A stretch of DNA of 64,000 nt from Laetmonice hystrix (GCA_965235115.1 OZ249440.1:33358001-33422000); one strand, 5' to 3'. Shown: positions 25,357 through 40,295, counted from the stretch's first letter. The notes: a model not told the origin generated them from the letters alone. A program made the numbers and translations.

Positions 25357-25519
25357 TTAAGTTCCCATTAAGTTCCCATTAGGCTGAATTTTACATGGGC
25401 ATAAGCAGTCGCAAACATTTTCTTTAGTGACCTCTCCAGGGTCACACTGCTGTTCTGTTAAGGGTCAGAGGTCAGCAAAGCAGCGCTTCTGAAATCCTAC
25501 TTGACCTACATTCAGTAGC

Positions 25520-27615
25520 CCGTAACATGGCTGTGGTAACGAGTGACCAGCCCTTAACATGGCCGGGGTAACGAGCGACTAGCCCTTAACATGGCCAGGG
25601 TAACGAGTAGCCAGCCCTTAAAGGAAATGTCACGGGGGTATCGACCGAAATCTTCAGTTTTCATGCTCACCACTGACGTACTTACTGACGTATGGCACTG
25701 ATTGTTTTTCATATTGATTCTGTTAACACATACTGCGAGTAGACAGCTGTGAAATTCTCCCTAATGTAAAACTGGCTGCAGTGTCCGCAAAGTGCGAGGA
25801 ATCTGCCATTTTGGCCCCCTTTGGCTGCCGCGAATTGGGTCCCATGATCACGCGACTCTCGCTGTGATTACTCGAGATGTAAACACGGGACTATAATGGC
25901 CCATCGGCCGATCGTGTGAAAAGGGTGCAAAACACAGCCGGCTGCAAATCCCGGGGTCTCGGAATCTAAATGTGTCATTTTCAGTGACCGCATTAAGAAT
26001 TGGCGATTTTTTTTACAAAATACCGGCCAAAGCTACATAAACAGGTAGGGGACCTTTGGGGCATATCGGAGAACCGCAATGCATATTTTTGCTGAAACAC
26101 GACGTATTATTTGACATTCGTGACATATTACCTTTAACATAGCCGGGGTGGGCAGGTTGTGGGCAGCCCTTAGTTAACATGGACGGGGTGACGAGTGTGC
26201 AGCCCTTAACATGGACGGGGTAACGAGTGGGCAGCCCTTAGTTAACATGTCCAGGGTAACGAGTGGGCAGCCCTTAGTTAACATGGACGGGGTAACGAGT
26301 GGGCAGCCCTTAGTTAACATGGACGGGGTGACGAGTGGGCAGCCCTTAGTTAACATGTCCAGGGTAACGAGTGGGCATCCCTTAGTTAACATGGACGGGG
26401 TGACGAGTGGGCAGCCCTTAGTTAACATGGCCGGGGTAACGAGTGGGCAGCCCTTAGTTAACATGTCCAGGGTAACGAGTGGGCAGCCCTTAACATGTCC
26501 AGGGTAACAAGTGGGCAGCCCTTAACATGGCCGGGGTAACGAGTGGGCAGCCCTTAGTTAACATGGACGGGGTAACGAGTGGGCAGCCCTTAGTTAACAT
26601 GGCCGGGGTGACGAGTGGGCAGCCCTTAGTTAACATGTCCAGGGTAACGAGTGGGCAGCCCTTAGTTAACATGGACGGGGTAACGAGTGGGCAGCCCTTA
26701 GTTAACATGGCCGGGGTAACGAGTGGGCAGCCCTTAGTTAACATGGACGGGGTAACGAGTGGGCAGCCCTTAGTTAACATGGCCGGGGTAACGAGTGGAC
26801 AGCCCTTAGTTAACATGGCCGGGGTAACGAGTGGGCAGCCCTTAGTTAACATGGCCGGGGTAACGAGTTGGCAGCCCTTAGTTAACATGGCCGGGGTAAC
26901 GAGTGGGCAGCCCTTAGTTAACATGGCCGGGGTAACGAGTGGGCAGCCCTTAGTTAACATGGCCGGGGTAACGAGTGGGCAGCCCTTAGTTAACATGGCC
27001 GGGGTAACGAGTTGGCAGCCCTTAGTTAACATGGCCGGGGTAACGAGTGGGCAGCCCTTAGTTAACATGGACGGGGTAACGAGTTGGCAGCCCTTAGTTA
27101 ACATGGCCGGGGTAACGAGTGGGCAGCTCTTAACATGGCCGGGGTAACGAGTGGGCAGCCCTTAGTTAACATGGCCGGGGTAACGAGTGGGCAGCCCTTA
27201 GTTAACATGGACGGGGTGACGAGTGGGCAGCCCTTAGTTAACATGGACGGGGTGACGAGTGGGCAGCCCTTAGTTAACATGGACGGGGTGACGAGTGGGC
27301 AGCCCTTAGTTAACATGGACGGGGTGACGAGTGGGCAGCCCTTAGTTAACATGGCCGGGGTAACGAGTGGGCAGCCCTTAGTTAACATGGACGGGGTGAC
27401 GAGTGGGCAGCCCTTAGTTAACATGGACGGGGTGACGAGTGGGTAGCCATTAACATGGCCGGGGTAACGAGTGGGCAGCCCTTTGTTAACATGGCCGGGG
27501 TAACGAGTGGGCAGCCCTTAACATGGCCGGGGTAACGAGTGATCAGCCCTTAACATGGCCAGGGTAACGAGTGGGCAGCCCTCAGTTAACATGGACGGGG
27601 TAACGAGTGGGCAGA
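25520..27615. repeat. 36-bp (32-bp variant) minisatellite GTTAACATGGCCGGGGTAACGAGTGGGCAGCCCTTA
   Basis: Roughly 40 tandem copies, interrupted by a MITE. Confidence 0.95.
25622..26133. mobile_element. Kolobok-type MITE inserted at a TTAA of the minisatellite
   Basis: TTAA|AGGAAATGTCACG ... CGTGACATATTACCT|TTAA; shares GTGAAAAGGGTG with the 24086 element. Confidence 0.82.
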
Positions 27616-27936
27616 ATCGGATTTAAAAAAAAAATAATTTTTTTTGGTGATAGCTGGCTAAGATGGTAAGCCTCATAAGAATTATCATGTAAAATGAACT
27701 CATAGATAAGGACCATGACCTTTGCTGTCATCGCTTTGAATACAAACACACTTCCGTTGCAGTGTTAATGAAATATCCATTACAACAATGGTTAGTTTTA
27801 AGCCTTACCGCTAGGTGGCAGCACAATTCACAGTCATCCAAGGTGAGGGCAAGAAAAAAAAAGCACTGATGCGCGGCATCTGAAGTGACGCGCGCGCACC
27901 AGAAACCGGGAATTTTTGTTTGGCCTAAGATAGTTA

Positions 27937-28375
27937 TGCCCCTGATCCACCGGTGGCGATTGGGCTTCGTGATGGGTTGGCGACATGTTTGTGACATCTT
28001 CGCGACAGCCCGAGCATCTAAAAATTGCTCGGCAATCGCGAAACACAATTTCGGTGGATCAGCTTTGGAGACGGATTGGTGACAGCTTCGCGACACACCT
28101 GGCTTTGTGACAGCTTCGCGACAGGTGTCGCCAATATCAAACAAGTTTGATATTCGCGACTGGCAACGGACGCAGTTCGCGAGGGTGTTGTTGTCGCAAC
28201 CGGTGGATCAGGTATGTGATTTTCGTGACACCTTGGCGCGTGCTTCGAGACAGCTTGGCGACTTACTGAATCATGTCGCCAAGCTGTCTCAACAAAATGA
28301 CAACTACGGCTTCGCGATCGAGCATCTCCATCGCGAAGCTGTTACGAACGTGTCGCCACCGGTGGATCAGGGCCA
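27937..28375. mobile_element. PIF/Harbinger MITE
   Basis: TIR TGCCCCTGATCCACCGGTGGCGA / TCGCCACCGGTGGATCAGGGCCA; TTA and TAA flanks. Confidence 0.8.
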
Positions 28376-29039
28376 TAAAAGGTAAAATATTTCAGCAATT
28401 TTGACTCAGTGTTAGATGCCAGGATAAAGTACAGTCATGTTTTACACAATTTGAATGTATGCTGCTACAGTATTGCAGCAATATGAGAGTTCAACAGAAA
28501 TTTAATATATGTTGCTACAGTATGGCAGCAATATTACAGTTCAACATTTAGGCCTACATGTAGGCCTAACGTTGCTGCAGTATTACAACAATAATACAGT
28601 TCAACAGTATTTATATGAAGGCCTGTTGCTGTAGTATTGTAGCAATATTAAGCTACGGTATTCTGAATGTATGTTGCTGCAGTATTGCAGCAATATGAGA
28701 GTTCAACAGGAATTCAATGTATGTTGCTACAATATTGCAGCAATTTTGTAGTTCCTGGTGAAAGGTGGAGCGATTTCTTTTTGTCTAGCGAAATACCCCC
28801 CATTACCTTACGGGTGCTATCACTGAAAACCCCGAGCGTTAGCGAAGGGGTTTATGGTAAATGTTCTGAATTGACAAATGGAGAAAAAATACGAGACAAA
28901 GTAAAGGATTTCTTTGAGAGAGAAAAATAATCAACCGAGGGGTGCTATCAATAAACCCCCTCGGTAACGCGCGGGGGTTTATTGATAGCAACACGAACAA
29001 AAACAGGATTCCAACCGTTTAATTTAGGAGTGATTTGTA

Positions 29040-29393
29040 CTGTGGTCGAAAAGTACAAACATTATCGATTGGAGGATTTCGATCCTCAGGTCACAGATTT
29101 CGCTACTCGGGTCAGATGTTGCTACTCGGCTTGCCGATTTCGAATCTCGGCTCGCCAATTTCACTACTCCGGTCAAATGTTGCTACTTGGGTCGTCGATT
29201 TCTATCCTCGGCTCGCAGATTTCAGTACTCAGGTCCAATGTCTAGAATAGCGGAACCTGCGAGCCGAGTAGCAACATTGGACTCGGGTACTGAAATCTGA
29301 GAACCGAGTAGCAACATCTGACCGGAGTAGCGACATTTGTGACCCGAGGATTGAAATCCTCCAGCCGAGAATGTTTGTACTTTTCGGCCACAG
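29040..29393. mobile_element. Palindromic MITE with TA TSD
   Basis: TA|CTGTGGTCGAAAAGTACAAACATT ... AATGTTTGTACTTTTCGGCCACAG|TA; internal GCTACTCGG repeats. Confidence 0.8.
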
Positions 29394-30561
29394 TAGATTC
29401 GGCAGCGTGTGCCCAGGGAGCGTAGAATACCTTGATTAATGACCACGGGGTTGGGGGAATTCCAGCAACAATTTAGTCGTTCTGGGTAATATCAGTGTAC
29501 TGAGGAACGTCTCTATGGCAACCAGTGATGAGCACATGCTTCAGGGTGAAGGGGGCAGATAACCGATGTTTGTTATTATAAAATCATGTATGTTAACATT
29601 GTTCAGGGTCATAAGGTTAGCCAAACCCCGGTCATATCGTGCAGAATAGACAGTTTGAAATGCTAAAGAATGTCAACAAGATAAGACCCTGATTTCCAAA
29701 TTGGCCACAAGGTGGCAGTGCTGTCACTCTCAGGTTTCCACGGTGACCATATATTTTTTTCATGTTTTTGTAAAGTAGACATATAGATCTTCACTTCTAC
29801 CAAATATCTAAGCTTTTTCAACGTCAGATCTAAAATGGCGCGATTGCCTTTAAGTTGCTGGAGAACCCGGTTGTTATAGTTGTTCATCTGTGACCACGAG
29901 AGTCCACCACTATCCACCCACCAAATGTAGCCCCCCCCCCCTCCCCACTTGGTTACAATTCTTAGATATTCTTCTCCAAAGAGACATATGAGCGGAAATT
30001 CATCTGGATATGTTTGTGCACAGAATGAGCTCCATGCTTGGGTTTTGAACAATGAGACACTGGCGAAAGTACTGCATGAACATTCAATGTTCATTCTGTT
30101 CATGCTAAAAGTCAAAACCATACTGGATATGTGAGAAAACACATGAGGCAGTTGTTTCATCACAGTGAAGAACACGTGTGTCAGCAAGTGGTTTTTAATG
30201 CATGGTGCAGTCCCAACTTTGGACGGCATTTACTCAGAATTGTGACGTTTACACGATAGGCTGGAAATCGTGTGTGCCGTCACAAATGTTCAGTCAATGT
30301 TTTGATCTGAAATTTTGTACTGACTTAGAAAGTTCAACGAATCATTTCTTCTTCTTTGAGGGCAGCAATAATGAACTTAGTTTATCGTATGACTTAATAA
30401 ATGTTCAATTAATGTTTTCATCTTTGTCGAATTTTTGACAGTTAAATGAATTATTTCTTCTTCTTTGAAGACAGCAATTATGAACTTAATTTTTCATATT
30501 ATTATACGCTAATGACTTAATAAATGTTCAGTCAATGTTTTCATGTAAGGACTTAGAAAGT

Positions 30562-31329
30562 TCAATGAATCATATTCATTTCTTCTTCTTCTTTGAGGAC
30601 ACAGACCTGTTCCCCGGACTCAGACTCTTTTCTCTTTTCGCTGGTTGTTGGAATGGCTCGGTCAAGTAATCTGCGTTTTTTCTTCTCCAACTCAGCTCTG
30701 TTTTCTCTGAGCTTTGTAAGTTCTCCAACAGATGACTGACGTTTGTTCTTGGCAGCATCAATCATGAGGTATGAAACATTCAAGGCATGCTTGTTTAGGT
30801 TTTCTTCACTTGAGAGGGCTTGCTTGAGTTTTGATGTTGCTTCACTTAGCAGTTCATCAGCAGCAGCAATTTCAGCATTGACTTGTTCTTCATCCTTCTT
30901 CAAGTTTTCTACCAATTCATTAAGTGACCTTTTCCTTTTGGTCATTTCTTCCTTCTCTTTCTTCAACCTCTGTGCTTGCTCTGTCTTCTGTTTTGCATCT
31001 TCTTCTTTCTTTTTCTGATCTAATGCTTTCTCCTCAAGTTTCGTGCGGTACACAGCATATGACGATCGGACAGATGCTTTCTTTGGTTATGGGTATCTTT
31101 TCAGGCTGATTGTCGACAGGATCAAAAAATGCACTGCATCTTTCACAGTTCGAGGTCCAACTATAGCTTCTTCTCCAAGGTGAGATCTGTCTTTTGTTAC
31201 AACTCTGTTATTGATGGACAGACTTCGCTCTGATTCAGCATTTGTTTGTGCCATGATGAGTCCTGATTTTGTGACTGCTTCCAGAAGTGGAAATCGACTG
31301 GAACCATCAGGTGATTTTAGCATCGACAC
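30562..31329 (-). pseudogene. 3' fragment of a hAT-like transposase
   Basis: FPLL...AQTNAESERSLSINN resembles the hAT C-terminal dimerisation motif; frameshifted into a coiled-coil tail; 5' part missing. Confidence 0.6.
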
Positions 31330-34212
31330 AAATTTTTCATAGAAGAAAACCTCGTCTCAAGCCCACGGCCCTATGAGTAGGGCCGTGACCTTGAGACGAG
31401 GTTTTCGTCTCAAACTTGACCCAAGCTCAACCAAAAAACCGGGCCCAGGGCCCAATTCATGATAATTCACAATCTTGCTTAAACTATAATGCGGCGGATT
31501 GGATGGTTATCATAGTCAGTTTAAATAAGTGGCAACCAGCCAATCAGAAGCTTAAAGGAACACTCTTCTCCTGCTTATTGAGTTATCAAATGTTAACTTG
31601 ATAGTACTAGAGCCCGTCTATACCATATTCATATTTTTAGGCTGCACTTGTAATTAATGATTATTAATCAAAAACGGGACTTAGTGGTTGATAGTCTTTT
31701 CGCCATCTTGCAAAAAGGACACATGCTGACGCCTTGCGGAAATCTACAGAACTATAGCTGCCACCTGGCAAAATGCTGGTAGTGACGTCATGAAGGGACA
31801 ACATCTATGGGTAGGCCTAGGCCTACAGCGTAGACTGAAGGCGTAGACTAGCTAAACTTACCGCGAGTTTGGCCCACAACAAGGAGTATTCCAGGACTTT
31901 GTGCGGCAGTGGGGTTGTAACAACCGAAACTGGGTTAAGAATTTGGATCAACAATAAAATAAAACCTGTAACTTAGGCTGTATAATTCTGAAGAGGTGGG
32001 TGCACAACATGCGTCGAGGTAGGCCTAAGGCTAAGGCTAAGCTAAAGTAAAGTGGATTTGTTCCAATGTTCAGCGATCCACCTGCTGTGCTCAGACTGTT
32101 CTACCCGCATAGTGTGAATGTCTCGATTTTTTTCTGTGACTAACTAGTCTTAAACTTCTACCTAACTGATTAGGCCTAGACTCCGTTTCTGTTGTGACTA
32201 GAGTAGAGTCGAGAGTGCGGTCTAGTGACTAGTCTAGGCCCCGTAGATCTAATCTCATTCTAGTATTTCTACTGTCCAGTCACCAGTGCAGTGGCAGTGA
32301 TTAGTAAATTGGCTGAAGGAGGGGGCAAACGGCCCAATATACCATTTGAAAATTCTGAGGGGGGGGGGGGGGTGAAGTATTTACCAAAGACCGGTTTTCC
32401 AAGACAACCCGTGGGCGTGACCGGCCTGTAGCAGGCCTACTGTAGCAAGCCGCCCCCGCCAACTCCGTCGCCAAGCTGCACGCCGGGCTCAGGCACTGAG
32501 TGAGCCGAGGACAGACACCCATACTATAAGGCCATTGGGGGGGGGGGGGGGGGGGGGTGATCCAGGATTTTGCATAAAAAAATAATTTTGCAATGGGGGG
32601 GGGGGGGGGCTTGACCTAGCTAGGTGCGCCGTAGTCTGACATAGACACACTGCAAAATGATAACCCTCAGCCTGGACTGGCTGGAGTCAGCCGGGGGGGG
32701 GGGGGGGGGCTTAGGGCCTACTACTAGTAGCCTACTGCTAACTGCTGCCCCCCCCCCCCCAGAAATTTCTAGATACGGCCCTACATACGTGTAGGGCCTA
32801 CCTCCATAGCTTATATTATCTTGGAAACCGGCTAGGGCATATTTTCGGCCTACTTCCTTAGGCTAATGCTATGGGTATGGCTATGTCTATATGGTCGATG
32901 GATGTAGGCCTATCCGGGGGAGGGGGCGGGGGTTCCGAGGGTTCTGACGAACCCCTCTCACTTTTGTGGGCCACTATTAAAATAAATACACTATAGAACT
33001 AGATATCATTGCCGAAACTTATTTAACAGGTCCCTATTTAAACTATCAGGTCGCTACATGAGCAGACCGCCTACTTGTCAACACTTGTTTAACGAGGGCC
33101 GAGGCATATCCAGGGCTGAGTGAGTCCCTTCGTGACGTAGTCAAAGGTGTAGCCAAGTCATTGCTATTATTGCCGCAAGAGGGCGCGTGGTGCGCCAATG
33201 GCGGCGACTATGAATCTGCATTAAAGTTCTTTTTGACAATATAATATAAACTGTTTGATGTTAAAAAAATAACATGAGTTGTAGAATTATGCCTTCTTCA
33301 ATTCTAAATATGATTTAGCTCGAGAAATTGTCACGACCCGGTTCCAGAGGTCAAAGATCCTATTTCTATATACAGAAGTATACAGCCCCTCCCCCCCACC
33401 ACCACCAAATTGGGCTCCATACTGGATATAACTGACTGCACCCTTAAGTCCTATATGCATGGCGTTAGAAGTTCATATATTTGATCTGAATTCATGTACG
33501 ATTTCTCTATTCCTCAACAGCGAATCTTATTAACAGTGGCAAAATCCGCCGAGTACATACACCCAGAAGTGCAGGATCGCCTTCCCCTCAAATATGATGC
33601 TATCCCATCCTTATAGGGTTTTAATTGAAAAGGAGATCAAGTTGAAATAATTTAAGTAAAACATAACTGGAAAATAGTTTCTACAAAGGTCTTCTTCTCT
33701 AAGTACGTTTGATCATAGATGAAACATGGAGGAATGGTTATGTAAATTCTCTAATTCTAAAGTAACTCTATTTATAGGCCTATCTCCTATAATTCAGCTT
33801 TTTTCTCCATCTACTGTAATTAAGTTCAGTGATGCCTAAAAAGCGAAGGAAGAAATGATGTTAATTACGTCAATCGTTTAACATCACAAAGGTCATTACG
33901 AATCTGTACACATGTTGTACATCTGATCTGTTGGTACCACGATAGTCTTCAATTGATTTGATCCGGAGAAACGTAATCTGTGTTACTGTATCACACAGGC
34001 ACATCATCTGTGTCACTAGACCTATATCACACCAATACATCTTCAGGGTCATTTTATCACACAGCAGGGTCACCATATGACACAGACACATCATCACTGT
34101 CACTATCACTTTCACAACATGTGACATCTAATGTGAAAGGGTTGGCACACCACACAGGAATTGTTGCGATCTCGCCATGACGTAACCCTACTGGCGGTGC
34201 TGCTTCACATCT

Positions 34213-37200
34213 TCAAGCTTGGGTGCAGGGCTGGCTGTGCAAGGTACATGTGCAGTCACCGGAGCAGTATTCGTTGCAGTTGCAGACAAGATAATTGAGC
34301 AATTCAGGTGCTGAAACCTCCTGATTCATGAGTTTGGGACGTAATATCTTGTTGGCATCCCTCACATACCCATAGTTAGTAGGGTTTGGCAGATGTTGTA
34401 TGGCCAGTGATGCCTGTCTCCATACCATTAGTTGGTAACTGCTTTGCAAAATGTGAAGGTTGAAGCTGTCGTCTGTTGGCGGCAACTTCTTGCCCACGAC
34501 GTTCCTCTCTGCCTTTTCACAGCGCAGAACATTATAGGAACTACTACGTCGTCCCTAAGGCTGAGTTCACATAGGAGTATACGGCACAGGTATACGGTGC
34601 ACGTTTTGCAGGGCAGGCGAATAGCTTAAATCGTACAATAGGATCTTATAATACCGGGTCACATCAGAGGGCACTATTCTAAAAGGCCGTATAGCTGCCT
34701 ATAGTATAGTATAGTGGGAATCGTGCTTGTTTGATTTTAGTGCAGCGTATACCTTGGGGTGCCTGTGTTTAAAAGTTCAGCATTTACACAGTTCTTGATA
34801 TCTTTTAACTAAATTTTTAGATCTAAGGGCCGATATATAGGGCTATTGACTCTGAAAATGTCAAAGAAATCGGTTCAAGGGGAGGGGCAGGGAGCACCTT
34901 TCAATTCATGTCGGGAATTAAGACACATGGCGGGCGTGACTCGCAGTGCCCGTATAGCGTATAGCGAATAGCGAATACCGTATACTCCTATGTGAACTCC
35001 TCATGGCCAATTAGGAAGAATATTCTGTCAGTACGAATTAATGACCGATGGTGTAGCAAGAGGACAAGCACATCAGTATCTGGACTGGATATGACCATTG
35101 TCTCTGCGCCTTGGTCTGCTGCATACACAGCATGGAGGATGATTCTTGTGTCAACCTCTTCGTGATTAGACGTTAGCGGCACCAGATCTCTATCGACAGA
35201 GATCCTGCTCACTGTGACAGCAATGCCTTCCAGTCCTCCAGCGATGAATAGTGATTGTCCCTCACTGAGATTCTGGCCAGCATTTTGTTCTAAGAATTCT
35301 GTGTAGAAATTAGCCAGCGCTGCCTTATTCTCATCTCTGTTGAGAAATAGATGCCAGTTTCTTGGTACTGGGCCATCTGGGAGTAGACGGATGACATTTG
35401 CTTCCATACCTCGTTTTCGCTTTTCTCTTATGTGAGCTTTAATGCTGTCTTTCAAGTAGCGGTCAAAGACTACATGGATCTGCGTTGCATTTCTGGCATT
35501 TACTCCAAGGATGTAGCTCATGAAAGTCGATGCCATATCTCTGAAGCAGACCTTGTCTGACGTCTGTGTGACCTGTAGCAACTGAATAATTGCATGCCCA
35601 TCCCAGATGATGGCGTTAATGTCGTCTACACCTGTTATCTTGTCTCCGGGGATAAGCTAATCCAACTTGTTCAAAAACTGGGACTTTGTTCCACAGAACA
35701 TTGTGCCATCTTCCAGGAACATGCTTAAAGGCACTGGAGAATTTTCATATGATGGCACTCTTTTCAGAGGCACTTGCTTCTTGGCATTTATCGCCAACAG
35801 TTTCAGATACATTACTTCTGCATCCATGTGAACCTCCCGTTTGCCAAACTTTACCGATTTCGTCATCTCAGCCATAGCATTAATGCCAGGCCGGGCAAGT
35901 GTCTGATAGAAGCTCTTGGCCGGACTTTCTTGATCTTCAGATGGGACGAGTCTCTCTCTGACAAACTTGTCAGCCAAAGCTTCACCTCTGTCTAAGGCAC
36001 CCAGTAGACTGTCCTGAACATCCCTGGTTGCCACAACACCAGTTGCGAAGTTAATGAGTTGGATTGGTGGGTCTTGCAGAGTGAATGGGGCCATGTATGT
36101 TTCTTCAAACATCTGTCTCATCCTCTGGACATCACTGTTCCATCGCCTTACTGGTGCAATGTTGGTACTGTGGTGTGCCGAGAGAGATTTGTCTTTCTTT
36201 TGGTTGCAAAGAGAGGCATGAAAGTTAGCCGAATAACGTGCTGTTACTGGTCTAGTCAGAAACCATCGTGCTAGGACAGATTCACACAAAGTCAGACCGA
36301 TGATACCGCCTGTTCCTTTCAGAGACCTGTTCTCAGTCGTTTCTAGGACATAGTCCGGCCAGACCATGTTGAACTTCCCTCTAGTCAACATAGAAACAAA
36401 CTGATGTTCATCATCGAAGTGGATCTGAATCTCAGGTGGAAGTCTCTTCATCAAGAGTATCATAACGGGCATGTATTTGGCACAGACACTCCAATTTGAG
36501 GCAAAGAGCAGAGGTAGGAATTCTGCTTTTGATTCCTGACATACTCGCCAGTTTCCCTTCCTTGAGGCTGCCAGGAACATCTTGAAGGGAATGGACACTC
36601 TCTGGAGATAGTCATCCCAGAATCTGAAGGTTGGGGACATTTGCCGGCCTTCCTCACGGAATCGGTTAATCAGTGGTAACACATTTGTCTGAACCACACT
36701 CCTGACTTGATCCATGAGTTCAAAATCTAACTTACCAGACCTTTCTGAATCTGAGAGTTTTGACTGTAAGTGATGTAGGCAGCCGAGGAATTCTGAGGAA
36801 ATGGAAGTGCCCATCATATCACACCAAATCTTGAAATTCTTTAGGATCTGGAAATGTAGCACCTCATCGACCAGTTTCAGTGCATACAGGCCGCAGGAAA
36901 AATGCTTCCATGTAGAAGATTTGTTTTGCCTGCATCCCCATAGAGACGCCCAATGCCTGCCATCACAGACATCAGTAGATGCATGCCTCCTTCACATGGG
37001 ATCACACCTTTCAGTTCTTCTGGTCTAGACCATGCCAAAGCTTTTGTCAACAGTCCCATGTCGAAAAACACTGGTGTATATGTGTGTCTGAGTGCATTCA
37101 CCATCTCCTTGTTGTGCTTAAGTACTGTGTAAATGGTGGAGAGATCCGTAGGGGGAGCCATGAGGATAGCACTGTATGCTACAGTTGATACCTGCATTGG

Positions 37201-39582
37201 CCTATCTGGTGAGAGGGCGATGTGAAATGGTTCCCATGGTACGCAAGGTTTTTCTGCCTCTCTTCCAGTCAGTGCGGCAGACGACCGTGTCAGGTTGTAG
37301 ATAACTTCACCCAACCTTGCTTTAATCACATGCTCATTCTCTCTGTCTGGTCTGATTTCTTCTACCATAGGTGGAGGTTCAATAACTGGTTCTACTCGAT
37401 GTGGAGGCTTCTTGTACGCAAAGACGTGAGAGAGGTTGCCACCTGCAAAATGATACTTCATAAACATTGGGTTAAAACAGTAAAAAATAATTCTTGTTGA
37501 CATGTTTTTGCATTGTGTTTCCCAGAACAATAAAAATTGCTATTTTGGGGTGTCACGCCCCTAATAATTATTTTCCGCATTGTTTTTCCCAAATAGTCGC
37601 ACAATGTATTTTTATGGATGTTTCATTGTGTTGAATTTGATTAGAAACTTTAAAAGTTTATGGACGCTTTTATTAAGTACACAGTTAACATTTTTGTGAA
37701 CACAAGAGAGAGGATAATGTTATTCCTTATGTTTTCGCAGATTTTAATTGTTTCCAAAACAATGACACCTCTTATGGGTGAAGAAAGTAACGTACGTAAC
37801 ATTTTAAAATCGAAAATGGGTATTTTTTTTATTATTGGTCACACATATTTAGGGGTATTTTTTATTATTGGTCACACATATTTAGGGGCAGCAGAAGCTA
37901 AACCTGGTTAGGAGAGTCAGTATACATGTAAACATACAACACCGGCTTACCTGGAACGGAGGAAAGGTCATATGTTTTGTAGGGTAGGCTAGGAATTCAA
38001 GGGGTAGGCTAGGAATTCGAGGAAAGTCTTTGTCCACTTGTGGTGTCACAATGATACTGGTCATCGCATGAGTTGTGCGCTTTCCATCGACTGTGCATTC
38101 ATTATGGTCCCAGTTATCAGCAACTGCTATCAGCTGTTTTCCGCCATCTTGTTTGGCCACCAGCTCTGGTGGAATTAGTGAACCTGCAGCGTCAGGCTGT
38201 GGTCTGGAACTTACATGTACAGCAGCAGATGTCAAAAACCTTCTGAGTTCAGTGTAGGAGATTCCATACCCCAAGTTAAACATGTCTTCTACCAGTTTCT
38301 GAGTCCCAAATTCATGATGTATGTATACGGATAGACCAAGGTGTTTAGGGGACATAACTGAGGTGGCCAGACTAGTGATGTCGCAAGCAATATTTAGACA
38401 CTTTGAACACTCTTCACTGTCAGGAGCATCTGCATTATCATAACATTTCTCATCCGTCAGCCACGTTAGTGTCTTGTAGAGTAATGGGTCGACAGATTTC
38501 CTTGATGCTTCTGTTGTCATTTCTTGAGAGCAATAATACTTGCCATCTGGTTTATGGATTTTCTCCATTCTTCTGAGTATCCCCACCGCCATATGGACTA
38601 TGCTTTCGTCATTTGGTACCTGTCGTGCAGTTGATAGAACCTCTACATTCTCTTCTTCAGCCATCTTGAGGACACTTGATAGTTCCTTTACTTTGCTTAG
38701 GGCATCCCCAACAGAGATCTTACTAGAACACACCAGGTCTGACAGGCCAGGCCGTGGTATAAAGGACAGTTCTGGCCATTCCTGTAGCAGTTGTTCTTTT
38801 AGGTGGTATGAACTGTATGATGAAGGGTTTCCCACATATCCATCTGCTAGTTCGCGGAATCGTTCCCTTATTGATGAGAGCAGATACACTTCTTGTTGTT
38901 CCATGATCGAGGAGTAGTATTCCTCCTTGAGCTGCCTAAGAACTGCTTTGTGAGCACTGCTGTGTGTTTCTTTGGAGAAACTGTTACTTGCCTTAGAAAT
39001 ATATTTGACAAGGCATCCTTTCTTCTGGTGATATCTGGCATCGGCTGCTACAAGATCAGGTCCAACACCATGCAGCCTCTGCAGCATTTCAGCGTCCTCT
39101 AGTTTTGTGGCAGCATTTAGAACTTTGGTATAAATGTTTTCACCCGGATCTCCAACAGCTGTTGCTACCAGCGACCAGTTGTCTTTACCACTGGAAGATT
39201 TGTGTGATGCAAAGCAGCGCATACCACATATGAAGCACTTGTTCTTCCAGTCAAATACAGGATCGAACAAGTGCGCCCTGGTGACTACTGCTCTGTCTCT
39301 CTTCTCACTCATAAACACTCCACTCATATCCAACTCACTGCTGCTGCCATTGTCTCCAGACCCCAGCGTCCTCTGTATGTGATGTCGACTGCAGTATGTT
39401 GACCTGTGGTATCTAAACCTTTTGCTTTTGTTAAGAATGTCAGCTTTGTTCTCAAGAAGTACTTTCCCTACCTCGTCAGTACGTTGGACACAAGCCAAAA
39501 ATAATGAGTCCAGCTTCTCAGTGTCGGGGGTGACTGCAGAATATTTTTTTTGTAAATGGTCCATTACAAAATATGCATGCAT
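34213..39582 (-). mobile_element. Degenerate Academ (AcademX-like) DNA transposon coding region
   Basis: DARYH, PKHLGL, ADNWD...TTHA, FDMGL, GGMH, KGTGGIIGLT, SPVPLSMF, VVFDRY, HEEVDTRIILHA...DTDV (XPG/PIN-like), LPPT...H...YQ...W and a Cys-rich C-terminus; several stops and frameshifts. Confidence 0.75.
34558..35003. mobile_element. MITE nested in the Academ element
   Basis: TIR GAGTTCACATAGGAGTATACGG / CCGTATACTCCTATGTGAACTC. Confidence 0.75.
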
Positions 39583-40295
39583 CTACACTGCCAATGAAGA
39601 CCTCCAGTTTGATTTTTTTTCTGGGTACAGCAACACTGAATTCTGCCATTATGCCAGCAGTTATTCAATGGACCTGGAAGAAAATATTTTTCAGTGTTTG
39701 TACTAGAAGTGAAAAGTCTTACTGCCTAGGCCTGGGATTTGGCGGGCGCCTAGGCCCTGTAGGCACAGTGTCCCAATGGGGTCCCAGGGGGTGAAGTCCC
39801 CGTCAGCTCCTGAATTTTAAGCTATTAGAAAGCCTTACAATGGCATTCCTGCAGATTATTTACTGGTTGGCAATGTGAAGCTACCGTTTATATTAATGGA
39901 ATTTCCAGCACACCAATAATTACCAAAAAACAATGTCAAATTAATATAAAAAAATGGAAAACTATTGGATATCCTACTTTTTCTGGCATTTCCGAGAAAT
40001 TCCTACTTTTGTCGGAAAATCCGACCTGGTACAAATAATAATGTTTATATCCCAAGTTTACCGTAGGGGTTTGGTTCCCATACACCTTCGCAATGTGGAT
40101 ATTGAGGTATACACAACTATTTTCCTACTAAAAATTATTTCAAGTATCAAGTAGGCCTACTCGTAATTACAATAGACCTATTGTGATTTTTTTGCCATTT
40201 GAGAGGGTCCCGTACATTTTATCGGCTGTGTAATAACCATCACAGGCCAGGCTGACAACATAAAATCAAGTGAGTAATGCTGTCCTGCCCTCTAG

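Noticed and set aside
26174..27446. 12-aa repeat proteins on both strands
   Set aside because: 36-bp minisatellite with frame-breaking 32-bp variants and a MITE insertion
30562..31053. Host coiled-coil gene
   Set aside because: Continues by frameshift from a hAT-like motif; best read as a transposase tail
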